The notes below the pieces were generated by a model. It had not been told where the DNA came from. It saw only the letters and a program-made list of their open reading frames with translations, and made no database searches. Below are positions 1-8,168 of a DNA stretch of 32,000 nucleotides, one piece after another. This DNA comes from Candidatus Baldrarchaeota archaeon (lineage in GTDB: Archaea > Asgardarchaeota > Baldrarchaeia > Baldrarchaeales > DXJG01), in the NCBI GenBank assembly GCA_019056805.1, contig DXJG01000001.1, positions 60,001 to 92,000 on the forward strand, read 5' to 3'. The position numbers and the translations under genes were made by a program. Numbering within the stretch: the stretch's first letter is position 1; every line of letters begins with the position of its first letter.

Positions 1-205
1 GCCTGCCTCTGCCGTCACCCTTCACTGGAACTTTTCGGACCTTGCCCTTTAGAACTAGTTTGATAAGCTTGTCGTAGAGAGTCGTTCGGGGCACTCCAGT
101 TATTTTCATTAACTCAGTTCTCGTAAGGGGCCCCTTCTCTTTGAGTATTTGAATTAATTCTTCTTCCTGAATTCCCTTTTTAATATTGGTTGTGTCTTTG
201 GTCAT
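1..205 (-). CDS. Small winged helix-turn-helix DNA-binding protein (TrmB/ArsR-like), truncated by window edge
   Basis: Not in ORF track. Manual translation from ATG at 205 (GAGG upstream): MTKDTTNIKKGIQEEELIQILKEKGPLTRTELMKITGVPRTTLYDKLIKLVLKGKVRKVPVKGDGRGR..., with HTH pattern LTRTELMKITGVPRTTLYDKL and wing GRGR. Confidence 0.8.
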   Translation of the reverse strand, partial: MTKDTTNIKKGIQEEELIQILKEKGPLTRTELMKITGVPRTTLYDKLIKLVLKGKVRKVPVKGDGRGR

Positions 206-307
206 TTGTATCGCCTCTCAGAAGTAGAAATATGCTTTATTTATAACTTTTTCTAAACACGGTTAATTCAAAAGATAGGTTATTTGAAAAATTCGTAAGA
301 GATTTTA

Positions 308-745
308 TTAAGGAATTTCTTTTTCTAAAGCTTTTTCAACTACTCTGTATTCTCTTTTTGATCTTTCTCCACGTCTGTCGAGTAATCCACTGTTGTATAG
401 CCTTGCTAGGTATGTTGAGACTGTACTAGGGTTTATTGGTTCTCCAAACTGTCTTTGGTATTCTTCTTTTATGTCTGTTGACCTGAACCATCCGTATTTG
501 AAGTTGTTTCTAATGATCCACCAAAGTTTTTCTTTTATTGATAATGAGTTTAGGTCTAGATATATAACTTCATCTGAACGTAGCTCTCTCTTTTCTTGTT
601 TTGCTTTCGAGAGAATTGCATCAATGTATCCTTGAATTTGTTCCTTATCCAGTGCGGCTTTTCCTCTGACTATCAGTTTTATTTCTCCTTTTCCTGGTAT
701 TTTAAGCTTTATTTCCACTTCTGCGTTGCTTTCCACTGTTTTCAC
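308..745 (-). CDS. Winged-helix DNA-binding protein, 145 aa
   Basis: C-terminal wHTH pattern WFRSTDIKEEY...STVSTYLARLYNSGLLDRRG...REYRV; N-terminal beta-rich segment. Confidence 0.75.
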   Translation of the reverse strand: MKTVESNAEVEIKLKIPGKGEIKLIVRGKAALDKEQIQGYIDAILSKAKQEKRELRSDEVIYLDLNSLSIKEKLWWIIRNNFKYGWFRSTDIKEEYQRQFGEPINPSTVSTYLARLYNSGLLDRRGERSKREYRVVEKALEKEIP

Positions 746-764
746 CAGTATTCACTATTCACAG

Positions 765-788
765 TGTGAAGTGTATATACACTTCACA
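765..788. promoter_or_regulatory. Perfect 24-bp palindrome, candidate operator
   Basis: TGTGAAGTGTAT|ATACACTTCACA is self-complementary and lies 20 bp upstream of the GTG start of the wHTH gene. Confidence 0.7.
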
Positions 789-1033
789 TGTAAATGTGTG
801 GTGAATGTGTTTAAAGGTTTGTATATTACCTTTGAAGGTGGGCGCCATGATAACAATATTGAATCTATTTTTAGATTTTTAATACTTCAGGTTCACTTGG
901 AAGTTACTTGAGTATCTGAGTTTTTTATCAGCATTTTATCACTTTTTGAGGGAAGATTGCATTTTATTCTTTTTTCACTTTATTCACATTTTGTTTTTTT
1001 GGTTTTTTAAGTCTAGGGGGACCAGTAGATATC

Positions 1034-1054
1034 TTCCACTGGAAACAAAGGGGT
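1034..1054 (+). promoter_or_regulatory. Origin recognition box (ORB)
   Basis: TTCCACTGGAAACAAAGGGGT matches the archaeal ORB consensus (TCCA-N-TGGAAA-C plus G-string). Confidence 0.85.
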
Positions 1055-1399
1055 CGATAATTATACACCAATTATCAAAATGATAGTGGCACAATACGAA
1101 TAATGTTTATTTTTGACAGACTTCTTGGATTATGCATTTCACAATCACATAGCGCCAAACGTCAAGTAGTTAACAAAATCACAAGATGTGAAGTGAAAGA
1201 GTTAAAAGAGAAGCAACATAACATTATAATTTGCTGCAATGATGTGTTTAATATTACCGAGTTTAATGACGATGTGACAGGCCGCTGAGCAACATATATT
1301 TTCAATTAACAATAGGATCCTGGTCCCTTTCTCCTAAAGAACTGTTTTGCAACGTCTTTAGACGTATTTGTGAGGGTTTACATTTTTGTTCCGATAAAG

Positions 1400-1405
1400 T
1401 TATAA
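1400..1405 (+). promoter_or_regulatory. Putative TATA box of cdc6
   Basis: TTATAA preceded by purine-rich GATAAAG (BRE-like), about 40 nt upstream of the GTG at 1443. Confidence 0.4.
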
Positions 1406-1442
1406 CCCTTATTTCGTGTGGAGTATTGTTGGGGGTTTGGGA

Positions 1443-2684
1443 GTGTCAAAAGAAAAGCCACTAGACAGCATATTTAAGCGTTTTCTGACTGCACCAAAGA
1501 TATTTAAAAATAGAGATGTTCTTAGACCGACCTATGTGCCAGATGAGCTTCCTCACAGGGAAAAACAAATAGCAAAGGTCGGTATGATTCTTGCATCTGC
1601 TCTTAGAGGGGGAACGCCTTCTAATATTTTTCTTTACGGCAAAACTGGCACTGGTAAAACCGTTGTTGCTCAATACGTTTTAAAGCATTTAAAAGAAAAA
1701 TGTATAGAGTTCGAAGTCCCCGTACCTATTACCTCTTACGTTAATTGTCGCATCGTTGATACTAGCTATCGTGTTTTAGCTCACTTATGTAACGATGTTG
1801 GTGTTAGTGTTCCCATTACAGGTTTGCCAACTGACACAGTTTATGATAAGTTTAGAAGGGGCCTAGATTCTAAAGGTCAACTTATGATTATTGTTTTAGA
1901 CGAAATAGATCAACTTGTTAGAAAAAATCGTGAGAGCGCGAACGATGTACTTTACGATTTAACGAGAATCAATTCGAGCTTAGAGAATTCTAAAGTAAGT
2001 ATTATTGGCATCTCTAACGATTTAAAATTTAAAGATCACCTAGATCCTAGGGTTATTAGTAGTTTAAGCGAGGAAGAAGTAGTTTTTCCACCTTATACCG
2101 CTGATGAACTTAAAGATATCCTCATTCAAAGAGCAAATATGGGATTTAACGATGGGGTTTTGGAGTACGGTGTAATAAATTTATGTGCTGCTTTTGCTGC
2201 TAGAGAACATGGAGATGCTAGAAGAGCGTTAGATCTTCTTCGTGTTGCAGGTGAAATCGCTGAAAGGGAAGGATCAAATAAGGTGACCGAGGAACATGTT
2301 AGATTAGCTCAGAGGGAAATAGAGAAGGATACCGTAAGTGAAGTTCTTGAAACTTTACCTATTCAATCAAAGCTTGTTCTTTATAGCATCTTTCTACTGG
2401 AAAAACATAGAGTATCTGAGATAAATACTGGAGATGTTTATGCTGTGTATCAAGATTTATGTAGGTATCTCAAAATGGACAGTCTTACTCAACGAAGAGT
2501 CAGTGATATAATAAATGAATTAGATATGTTGGGTCTTGTTTATGCTAGAGTTATTAGTAGAGGAAGATATGGTAGAACTAAACGGATTAAAATAGGGGTC
2601 CCCTTAAATCTTATCGGCGATGTTTTAGAGAAGGATCCACGTATTAAAGGAATATCTGGTTATGTACCACGAACTACTCAGTAA
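1443..2684 (+). CDS. cdc6: Orc1/Cdc6 replication initiator
   Basis: Walker A GKTGTGKT, Walker B IIVLDEID, sensor GDARRALDLLR, C-terminal wHTH with SRGRYGRTKRI. ORF track starts at 1416; GTG at 1443 (MSKEKPL) is the more likely start. Confidence 0.97.
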   Translation: MSKEKPLDSIFKRFLTAPKIFKNRDVLRPTYVPDELPHREKQIAKVGMILASALRGGTPSNIFLYGKTGTGKTVVAQYVLKHLKEKCIEFEVPVPITSYVNCRIVDTSYRVLAHLCNDVGVSVPITGLPTDTVYDKFRRGLDSKGQLMIIVLDEIDQLVRKNRESANDVLYDLTRINSSLENSKVSIIGISNDLKFKDHLDPRVISSLSEEEVVFPPYTADELKDILIQRANMGFNDGVLEYGVINLCAAFAAREHGDARRALDLLRVAGEIAEREGSNKVTEEHVRLAQREIEKDTVSEVLETLPIQSKLVLYSIFLLEKHRVSEINTGDVYAVYQDLCRYLKMDSLTQRRVSDIINELDMLGLVYARVISRGRYGRTKRIKIGVPLNLIGDVLEKDPRIKGISGYVPRTTQ

Positions 2685-4053
2685 AATTTAGAATTTTTAC
2701 CTCAAATGTCCTTAAATTTATTATTGGAACTTGACAATACTGTGATGTTTCAGATATTTCTTTTCTGTTGGCTATCCATGTTCCAGAGGAGATTATATGT
2801 ACGCCCTGATATTCGCCATGAAGTGTAAGGTGAAAGTGACCTAGGTGAAGTATATCGGGTACGGTACTTATTGCAAGTAAGTCTCCTGGATGAGGTATTA
2901 TGGGAATTGACCCGTAACATGGACAGAGATGCCGTGATTTTAATAGAAATTTCGCTAATTCAAGAGGATTTTCTGCACTAATTTCTTCAGCTAACTTTTC
3001 CATGTGTAACCCGTGAAACATTAAGATAGATGCATTATGAATTTTTACTAAGGCAGGGTTACCTAAGATTTTTACATTGGACATTTCAACGAGTTTTTCT
3101 GTGTTTTTAGTTATTGGTGGTTGGGGAAGCATTGGTAAGGTTGCATCATTTTCCCCAGGGATCATAATGATCTCTATGCTCTTCGAGATTTCCTTTAAAT
3201 AGGTGTATAGTGTGTCGTAGTTTTCTTCTTCTTTTGGATCGTTAATTAGATCTCCAGCAACTAGTAGATATTTTATCTTTTCTTTTCCTTTAGTTTTGAG
3301 CCAGTTTACAAATTTTTTAAAACCTTTTTCTTGGAACTCGGAATGTCCTATATGTAAATCCGATATAAATGCAGCATATATATCTATTTCAGCTTTCTTC
3401 GGTTCATGTGCTGGAACTATATCGGGTAAAGCCAGTGTTTTTGCTTCTATAGTTCGATTTTCATCTAGGGATCCTTCTATGAAAATTACTTGATCAGACA
3501 TGTACCTTCTTGCTTCATTAAAGAGTTGAGGATTTTTTCTTGAAATTTTAACACTTATCACTCCTGTTTCATCTTCAACTACGAATTTTAAATCGTTATT
3601 CTCACTTTTTTCAAAAATCATTCCGATGAGTTTTACATTTTCGCCAGGTTTCCCTCTTTGAAGAATATTTTCAATGGTTTGGTAAGTATATCTCTGTTCC
3701 AAAATTCTCTTTAATTTTTGATATTTGTCTCGAAAATAATTCACCAAAATATCCTTTGTAATTTGCAACGATATTTGGGTTGAAGGAGAACTTATAATTT
3801 CCATTTTAGCTGGAATATTTTCTGCACTTACTTTAGTTTCTTTTTTAACTTCAAAAATGTCTTTTACGAATTGAGGAGTTATGACTAGTAGATCCTCTTT
3901 TTTCTTCGCAGTAGCAAGAATTTTATCTAAGTAAGTGTTAAGTTGCTGATCTTCCAATGAAGACAAATATTCTAGAGCTTCCGGTGATATTTGATATCCT
4001 TCTTCAACAATTCGTTGAACTATTTTTTCCTTTTTTTCTTCCATTTTATTCAT
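2674..4053 (-). CDS. polB: DNA polymerase D small subunit (DP1) homolog with degenerate exonuclease motifs
   Basis: DP1 architecture: N-terminal helical domain, OB fold (VVEDETGVI), phosphoesterase motifs SDLHIG, GDLIND, PGENDA, FHG, RHLCP, GHFH. Confidence 0.88.
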   Translation of the reverse strand: MNKMEEKKEKIVQRIVEEGYQISPEALEYLSSLEDQQLNTYLDKILATAKKKEDLLVITPQFVKDIFEVKKETKVSAENIPAKMEIISSPSTQISLQITKDILVNYFRDKYQKLKRILEQRYTYQTIENILQRGKPGENVKLIGMIFEKSENNDLKFVVEDETGVISVKISRKNPQLFNEARRYMSDQVIFIEGSLDENRTIEAKTLALPDIVPAHEPKKAEIDIYAAFISDLHIGHSEFQEKGFKKFVNWLKTKGKEKIKYLLVAGDLINDPKEEENYDTLYTYLKEISKSIEIIMIPGENDATLPMLPQPPITKNTEKLVEMSNVKILGNPALVKIHNASILMFHGLHMEKLAEEISAENPLELAKFLLKSRHLCPCYGSIPIIPHPGDLLAISTVPDILHLGHFHLTLHGEYQGVHIISSGTWIANRKEISETSQYCQVPIINLRTFEVKILNFTE

Positions 4054-4661
4054 CCTTCTATGTTAACTGGACGAGGTATTATTATGTAGCCTTCCTTCTC
4101 GTTACCCACTTTGATAGTCTTTCCATCAAGATGTAGTTTAGCCGTAAGAGCAGCTATTACAGCATCAAGTTCATGTATAGTTATCTTATCTTTTCCTATA
4201 TCTCCTTTTAATCCGAGTTTTATAAGAGCACGTCTAATCTGCTCCACATCTTTCATAACAGGTAGTCCTAAAGCCTTTCTACTTGAAGTAGGGTGAACCT
4301 CAATAACTCGTATACCATTTTCTCGCATTTTTGAAGCTAAACGGATTCCCCTTAGAGTAAGATTTTTCATTCCGGGGAATAGTGGTGGTAAAACAGAATA
4401 TCCAAGCCTTTTCATTTCCTTATCCGCCAATCGCATTTTTCCATCTTTTGGCATGGTTAACGGTGCATCTATTGCTACAAGTAGGGGATTTGATTCCAAG
4501 GTTTTTCTCAATATCTCATCATCTGAATGAAAAGTTAAAATTTCAACTTTAAAATCTTGAAGTAAAGCCCATCCGGTTTCTTTGCTCTCTGTTCCAGCTA
4601 AATCGATTCCTACAACTCTGTAACCCCTACTTGTATATTCGGGCACTTTCTTTTCCCTCAT
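4050..4661 (-). CDS. DUF429-type predicted nuclease (RNase H fold)
   Basis: VVGIDLAG, VAIDAPL, IEVHP and HELDAVIAALTA motifs; stop overlaps the DP1 start (ATGA). Confidence 0.85.
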   Translation of the reverse strand: MREKKVPEYTSRGYRVVGIDLAGTESKETGWALLQDFKVEILTFHSDDEILRKTLESNPLLVAIDAPLTMPKDGKMRLADKEMKRLGYSVLPPLFPGMKNLTLRGIRLASKMRENGIRVIEVHPTSSRKALGLPVMKDVEQIRRALIKLGLKGDIGKDKITIHELDAVIAALTAKLHLDGKTIKVGNEKEGYIIIPRPVNIEG

Positions 4662-4802
4662 AATATGTTAACTTAAACCTATTAAAAATCCCAACATAAC
4701 TTAATAAATTGAATCTAAATTATATAGTTTTGAAGATTTGTCAGCATATGGGAGTTAATTGCGGAGTGGGTTATTTATTCTAGTATTTTGTGGGGGAAAA
4801 TA

Positions 4803-5771
4803 ATGGAGGTAAGAAGGCTTCAGAAGACTGGTGGAAGTACTTTCTTTGTCTCATTACCTAAACAGTGGATAAAAAGCATGGGATTAAAGCAGGGGGATCC
4901 ATTAGCAATTTATGTCATTAAGGATGGCCGACTTATTTTGGATCCCAGATACGGTGAACACGAACAGCCGAGAGTCGCAGTTATTGATGTTGAACAAGAT
5001 TTTTCACGAGAGGTAATCGCAAAGTATCTTTACGGGTATGATATTATTGAAATTAGAAGTAAAGAAAGAATTTCCCGTGAAGACAGGAAAACGATTAAAA
5101 ATACGATTCAGAGACTCATAGGTGTAGAAATTATCGAGGAAAATTCTAGGAAAATAGTATTACAGTGTCTCATATCTCCCACATCTCTACCTATCGATAA
5201 ATCTCTTAAAAGGATGTATTTAATTGCAACGAAAATGCAGGAAGATTCAACAACGGCTTTAATTGAAAATGATATAGAATTAGCAGAAACAGTAATTCAT
5301 AGAGATGAGGAAGTTGATAGATTATATTTCTTGGTTGTTAGACAAATAAGATCAGCGCTTCAAAATCCGTATATAGCAAGGAAACTAGAAACAACACAGT
5401 TAGAATGTTTAGATTATAGAATCGCTGCAAAAAACATAGAATCAATAGCTGATTGTGCTGTAATAATTGCTGAAAAAGTCATTGCTTTAAACGGAGCAAA
5501 GATACCACAAGATATCCTGGAACAAATACAGGAACTAAGTAACATGGCACAAAAAATACATAAATCAGCCCTATCTGCTCTACTGAAGAAAAATACGCAG
5601 TTAGCAGTAGAAGCTCTAGATTGCAAACAAGAAGCCGTAAAAATCGTCGAAGAATTGAATACAAAAATAATAAAACAACAACTAAACACTGCAATACATC
5701 TAAACACAATAGTAGATGCCCTTAACAAAATAGTAACCTATGCAGGAGACATTGCTGACCTAGCATTCTAA
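4803..5771 (+). CDS. phoU: Archaeal phosphate uptake regulator (AbrB-like N-terminus plus PhoU domains)
   Basis: N-terminal RRLQKTGGSTFFVSLPKQW (AbrB fold); PhoU signatures RDEEVDRLYFL and NIESIADCA. ATG at 4803 preferred to 4788. Confidence 0.92.
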   Translation: MEVRRLQKTGGSTFFVSLPKQWIKSMGLKQGDPLAIYVIKDGRLILDPRYGEHEQPRVAVIDVEQDFSREVIAKYLYGYDIIEIRSKERISREDRKTIKNTIQRLIGVEIIEENSRKIVLQCLISPTSLPIDKSLKRMYLIATKMQEDSTTALIENDIELAETVIHRDEEVDRLYFLVVRQIRSALQNPYIARKLETTQLECLDYRIAAKNIESIADCAVIIAEKVIALNGAKIPQDILEQIQELSNMAQKIHKSALSALLKKNTQLAVEALDCKQEAVKIVEELNTKIIKQQLNTAIHLNTIVDALNKIVTYAGDIADLAF

Positions 5772-5964
5772 TAACCAAAAACCACATGACACGAAAATAA
5801 TAATACATCGTAGCTTTCAACAAATTAATATAAATCTAAAGTAAGTTTATCTGCACATTCACATTAAATAGAAAAAATACAACAATAAATTGAAATAATT
5901 AATTGTTTTAGTTAAAGAGAGTTTTAAATTAACTTCCATAGTCATCTTTATTTTAGGAACGAGG

Positions 5965-5970
5965 TTATAA
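5965..5970 (+). promoter_or_regulatory. Putative TATA box of tRNA-Ser
   Basis: TTATAA at -26 to -21 from the tRNA 5' end. Confidence 0.45.
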
Positions 5971-5990
5971 TTAAACTGGGAAGATTTAGT

Positions 5991-6159
5991 GCCGGGGTAG
6001 CCTAGCCAGGCTAATGGCTTTATTTAAGCCGGCTAAGGCGGCAGGTACATGTACCCGCTAGGGCCTCGAGATCCAATTTTATCGGGGCTGGGTTATTCTA
6101 CACGAGATAGCCGCTGGCCCTTACGGGCCGCGTGGGTTCAAATCCCACCCCCGGCGCCA
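5991..6159 (+). tRNA. tRNA-Ser(CGA) with three introns (6015-6036 at 22/23, 6043-6061 at 28/29, 6071-6108 at 37/38)
   Basis: Spliced product GCCGGGG TA GCCT AGCCAGGCTA AGGC G GCGGC CTCGAGA GCCGC TGGCCCTTACGGGCCGC GTGGG TTCAAAT CCCAC CCCCGGC G CCA folds into a full cloverleaf with long variable arm and encoded CCA; each intron has BHB-like 4-bp helix and 3-nt bulge geometry. Confidence 0.9.
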
Positions 6160-6200
6160 CTAAAACATTGATTATGACTAATTGTTGGTGTTGAGGTGAT

Positions 6201-7061
6201 ATGGAGCAAGATTTGGATGAAATGGTTCAGAAGATTCGTAGCGAATTTGGAGTTATAGGAAGAGACCGCGAGTTACGTAAAGCATTAGCCGCAAAACTCG
6301 CTGGGAAACATTTACTTCTTGAAGGTGAAGTTGGTGTTGGAAAAACCACCATTGCCTTGGCTTTGGCCAAATTTTTTAACCAACCTTTCTATAGAATTGA
6401 TGGGGATGATAGATTCACAGAATCGAAACTTGTAGGCCACTGGGAACCTCCTCTAGTCATAGAGTTTGGTTACGATGCTGAGAGGAGTTTTGTGCCGGGA
6501 CCTTTAGTTAGAGCTATGCTGGAGGGTGGAGTTCTCTTCATTAATGAATTAAATCGTTTACCTGAATCTACTCAGAACGTTTTACTTCCTGCTATGGATG
6601 AAGGTCAAATTATCGTTCCTAAACTCGGTATTATTAAAGCTAAACCTCAATTCTATATTATAGCCACACAGAATCCTGAAGAACATGTTGGTGTAACTTC
6701 CTTAAGTGAAGCGCTACGTGACCGTTTTGTTTGGATTAAACTGGATTATCAAAGTGAGGAAGAAGAGAAAGAAATTACTGCTCTACACTCAAACTGTAAC
6801 GATTCAAAAATAATCGATTTGGCTGTCAAAATTTGTAGATTAACAAGAAAACATCCAGATATTAGGCGCGGTGCATCTGTGAGAGGAGCAATAGATCTTG
6901 CAAGCCTGGTTTCTAAACTTAATTCTCATAGTGTAGATGAATGGGTTGATGCAGCAATAATGGCTCTTGGAACAAAAATAGAGTTAGAAGATGATACCAA
7001 CAAATCCGTTGAGAGAATAATACGAGAAATAGTGGTCTCGGTTTTTCAAAATTTTCAATAG
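6201..7061 (+). CDS. MoxR-family AAA+ ATPase
   Basis: Walker A LLLEGEVGVGKTT, Walker B variant LFINELNR, IIATQNP, ALRDRF and GASVRG motifs. Confidence 0.93.
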   Translation: MEQDLDEMVQKIRSEFGVIGRDRELRKALAAKLAGKHLLLEGEVGVGKTTIALALAKFFNQPFYRIDGDDRFTESKLVGHWEPPLVIEFGYDAERSFVPGPLVRAMLEGGVLFINELNRLPESTQNVLLPAMDEGQIIVPKLGIIKAKPQFYIIATQNPEEHVGVTSLSEALRDRFVWIKLDYQSEEEEKEITALHSNCNDSKIIDLAVKICRLTRKHPDIRRGASVRGAIDLASLVSKLNSHSVDEWVDAAIMALGTKIELEDDTNKSVERIIREIVVSVFQNFQ

Positions 7062-8134
7062 TTGAGGGAATTCAAGAAAGAATTCCCGATGACCAAAGTC
7101 CAATTATACTTACTGATAAGACAAGTGAAGAAAAAATTTTAGAGAAAGAAATTGAGGTTGGAGGGAAATTACCAGAATATTATCGTCGTTTAGCTAGGGG
7201 ACTTGACTATATTTCTGTAAGAAGATTAGCTGAAGTTGCTATTAAAAAATACAATATTTCAGCACTTTTAGGACTGGCAAAGACTAATCAATATGCTGTC
7301 GTAAATGCCCTAGTTAATTTAAAGAACTTGGAGATCTTAGCAAGAAAAGCTGCTAAGAACCCTGAAATGGGATACGCGCTCTTCTTCTTAATAAGGAGAA
7401 ATATTCCAAAAAAATATTGCCGTTTATTCCTAAATTTTCTTAAAGTTTCTATACTTAAAAGTGCATTAGGAAAACATGTTAATTTTTCACCTGGACCCTT
7501 TAAGAGGAAAGTAGAATACCAGTCAGGTTTAGATGATTTTGATCTTGATGAAACTCTGGAGAAATTTTTAGAACAACGATATTTAACCTATAATGATGTT
7601 GTTGGAATCGAACGTGAGGAAAGAAGGAAGGCAGGAGTTTTAATTCTTGATACCAGTGGATCTATGTATGGAGAGAAAATAGTGGCAGCTGCATTAGCTA
7701 CAGCAACGATTGCGTATCACATGAGAAACGTAGAACATTCGATAATCGTTTTTAACACAAAAGCAACAATAATTAAGAAAATTACCGAAAGAAAACCCAC
7801 CACAAGAGTGGTAGAGGAAATTCTAGAAACGGAAGCCGCAGGATTTACAAACATAGAAGACGCAATGAAAAAAGCCTTAAAAGAACTTAAAAAAAGTAAA
7901 ATAAAAGAAAAGTGGGCTATATTAATGACCGACGGCCTTTACAACAGAGGTAAGGATCCGAGAAAACTAGCATATCTTTTCCCTAAGCTTCATGTAATTG
8001 CTTTGCCAACTCAACAGCCCATAGGCACAAAAATATGTAAACAAATAGCAAACTTAGGTCATGGAAAATTCGCACAAATAAAAGAAATACAGCAAATACC
8101 TAAAGCATTGGTAAAAATATTAAAAAGAATATAA
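7055..8134 (+). CDS. von Willebrand factor A domain protein (MoxR partner); frame open from 7013, probably reached by -1 frameshift from moxR
   Basis: MIDAS motif DTSGS...T(GFTNI)...TDG is intact. The frame has no stop from 7013 to 8134 and no ATG/GTG/TTG before 7328 (the ORF-track start); 7058-7327 reads as plausible protein (IVEGIQERIPDDQSP...LPEYYRRLARGLDY...). Confidence 0.85.
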   Translation, partial: SIVEGIQERIPDDQSPIILTDKTSEEKILEKEIEVGGKLPEYYRRLARGLDYISVRRLAEVAIKKYNISALLGLAKTNQYAVVNALVNLKNLEILARKAAKNPEMGYALFFLIRRNIPKKYCRLFLNFLKVSILKSALGKHVNFSPGPFKRKVEYQSGLDDFDLDETLEKFLEQRYLTYNDVVGIEREERRKAGVLILDTSGSMYGEKIVAAALATATIAYHMRNVEHSIIVFNTKATIIKKITERKPTTRVVEEILETEAAGFTNIEDAMKKALKELKKSKIKEKWAILMTDGLYNRGKDPRKLAYLFPKLHVIALPTQQPIGTKICKQIANLGHGKFAQIKEIQQIPKALVKILKRI

Positions 8135-8168
8135 AGAAAATAAATTCTTTAAAGATAATTTTTATCCT

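Larger units (their letters stand above)
746..1415. other. Probable replication origin (oriC) region
   Basis: About 670 bp noncoding region directly upstream of cdc6, with a canonical ORB at 1034-1054 and a T-rich tract at about 960-1010 (DUE-like). Confidence 0.75.

Noticed and set aside
891-905. GTTCACTTGGAAGTT as a second ORB
   Set aside because: Spacing differs from consensus, there is no G-string, and it has the same orientation as the full ORB.
726-1288. ORFs 726-911 and 1103-1288 in the origin region
   Set aside because: No motifs or SD signals; they overlap the palindrome and AT-rich origin DNA.
7040-7046. G-GTT-TTT as the slippery site
   Set aside because: Does not fit X-XXY-YYZ; A-AAT-TTT at 7049-7055 does, though a minor contribution cannot be excluded.
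6160-8168. moxR-VWA as a tRNA-flanked mobile island
   Set aside because: No integrase, composition resembles the host, and no exact direct repeats.
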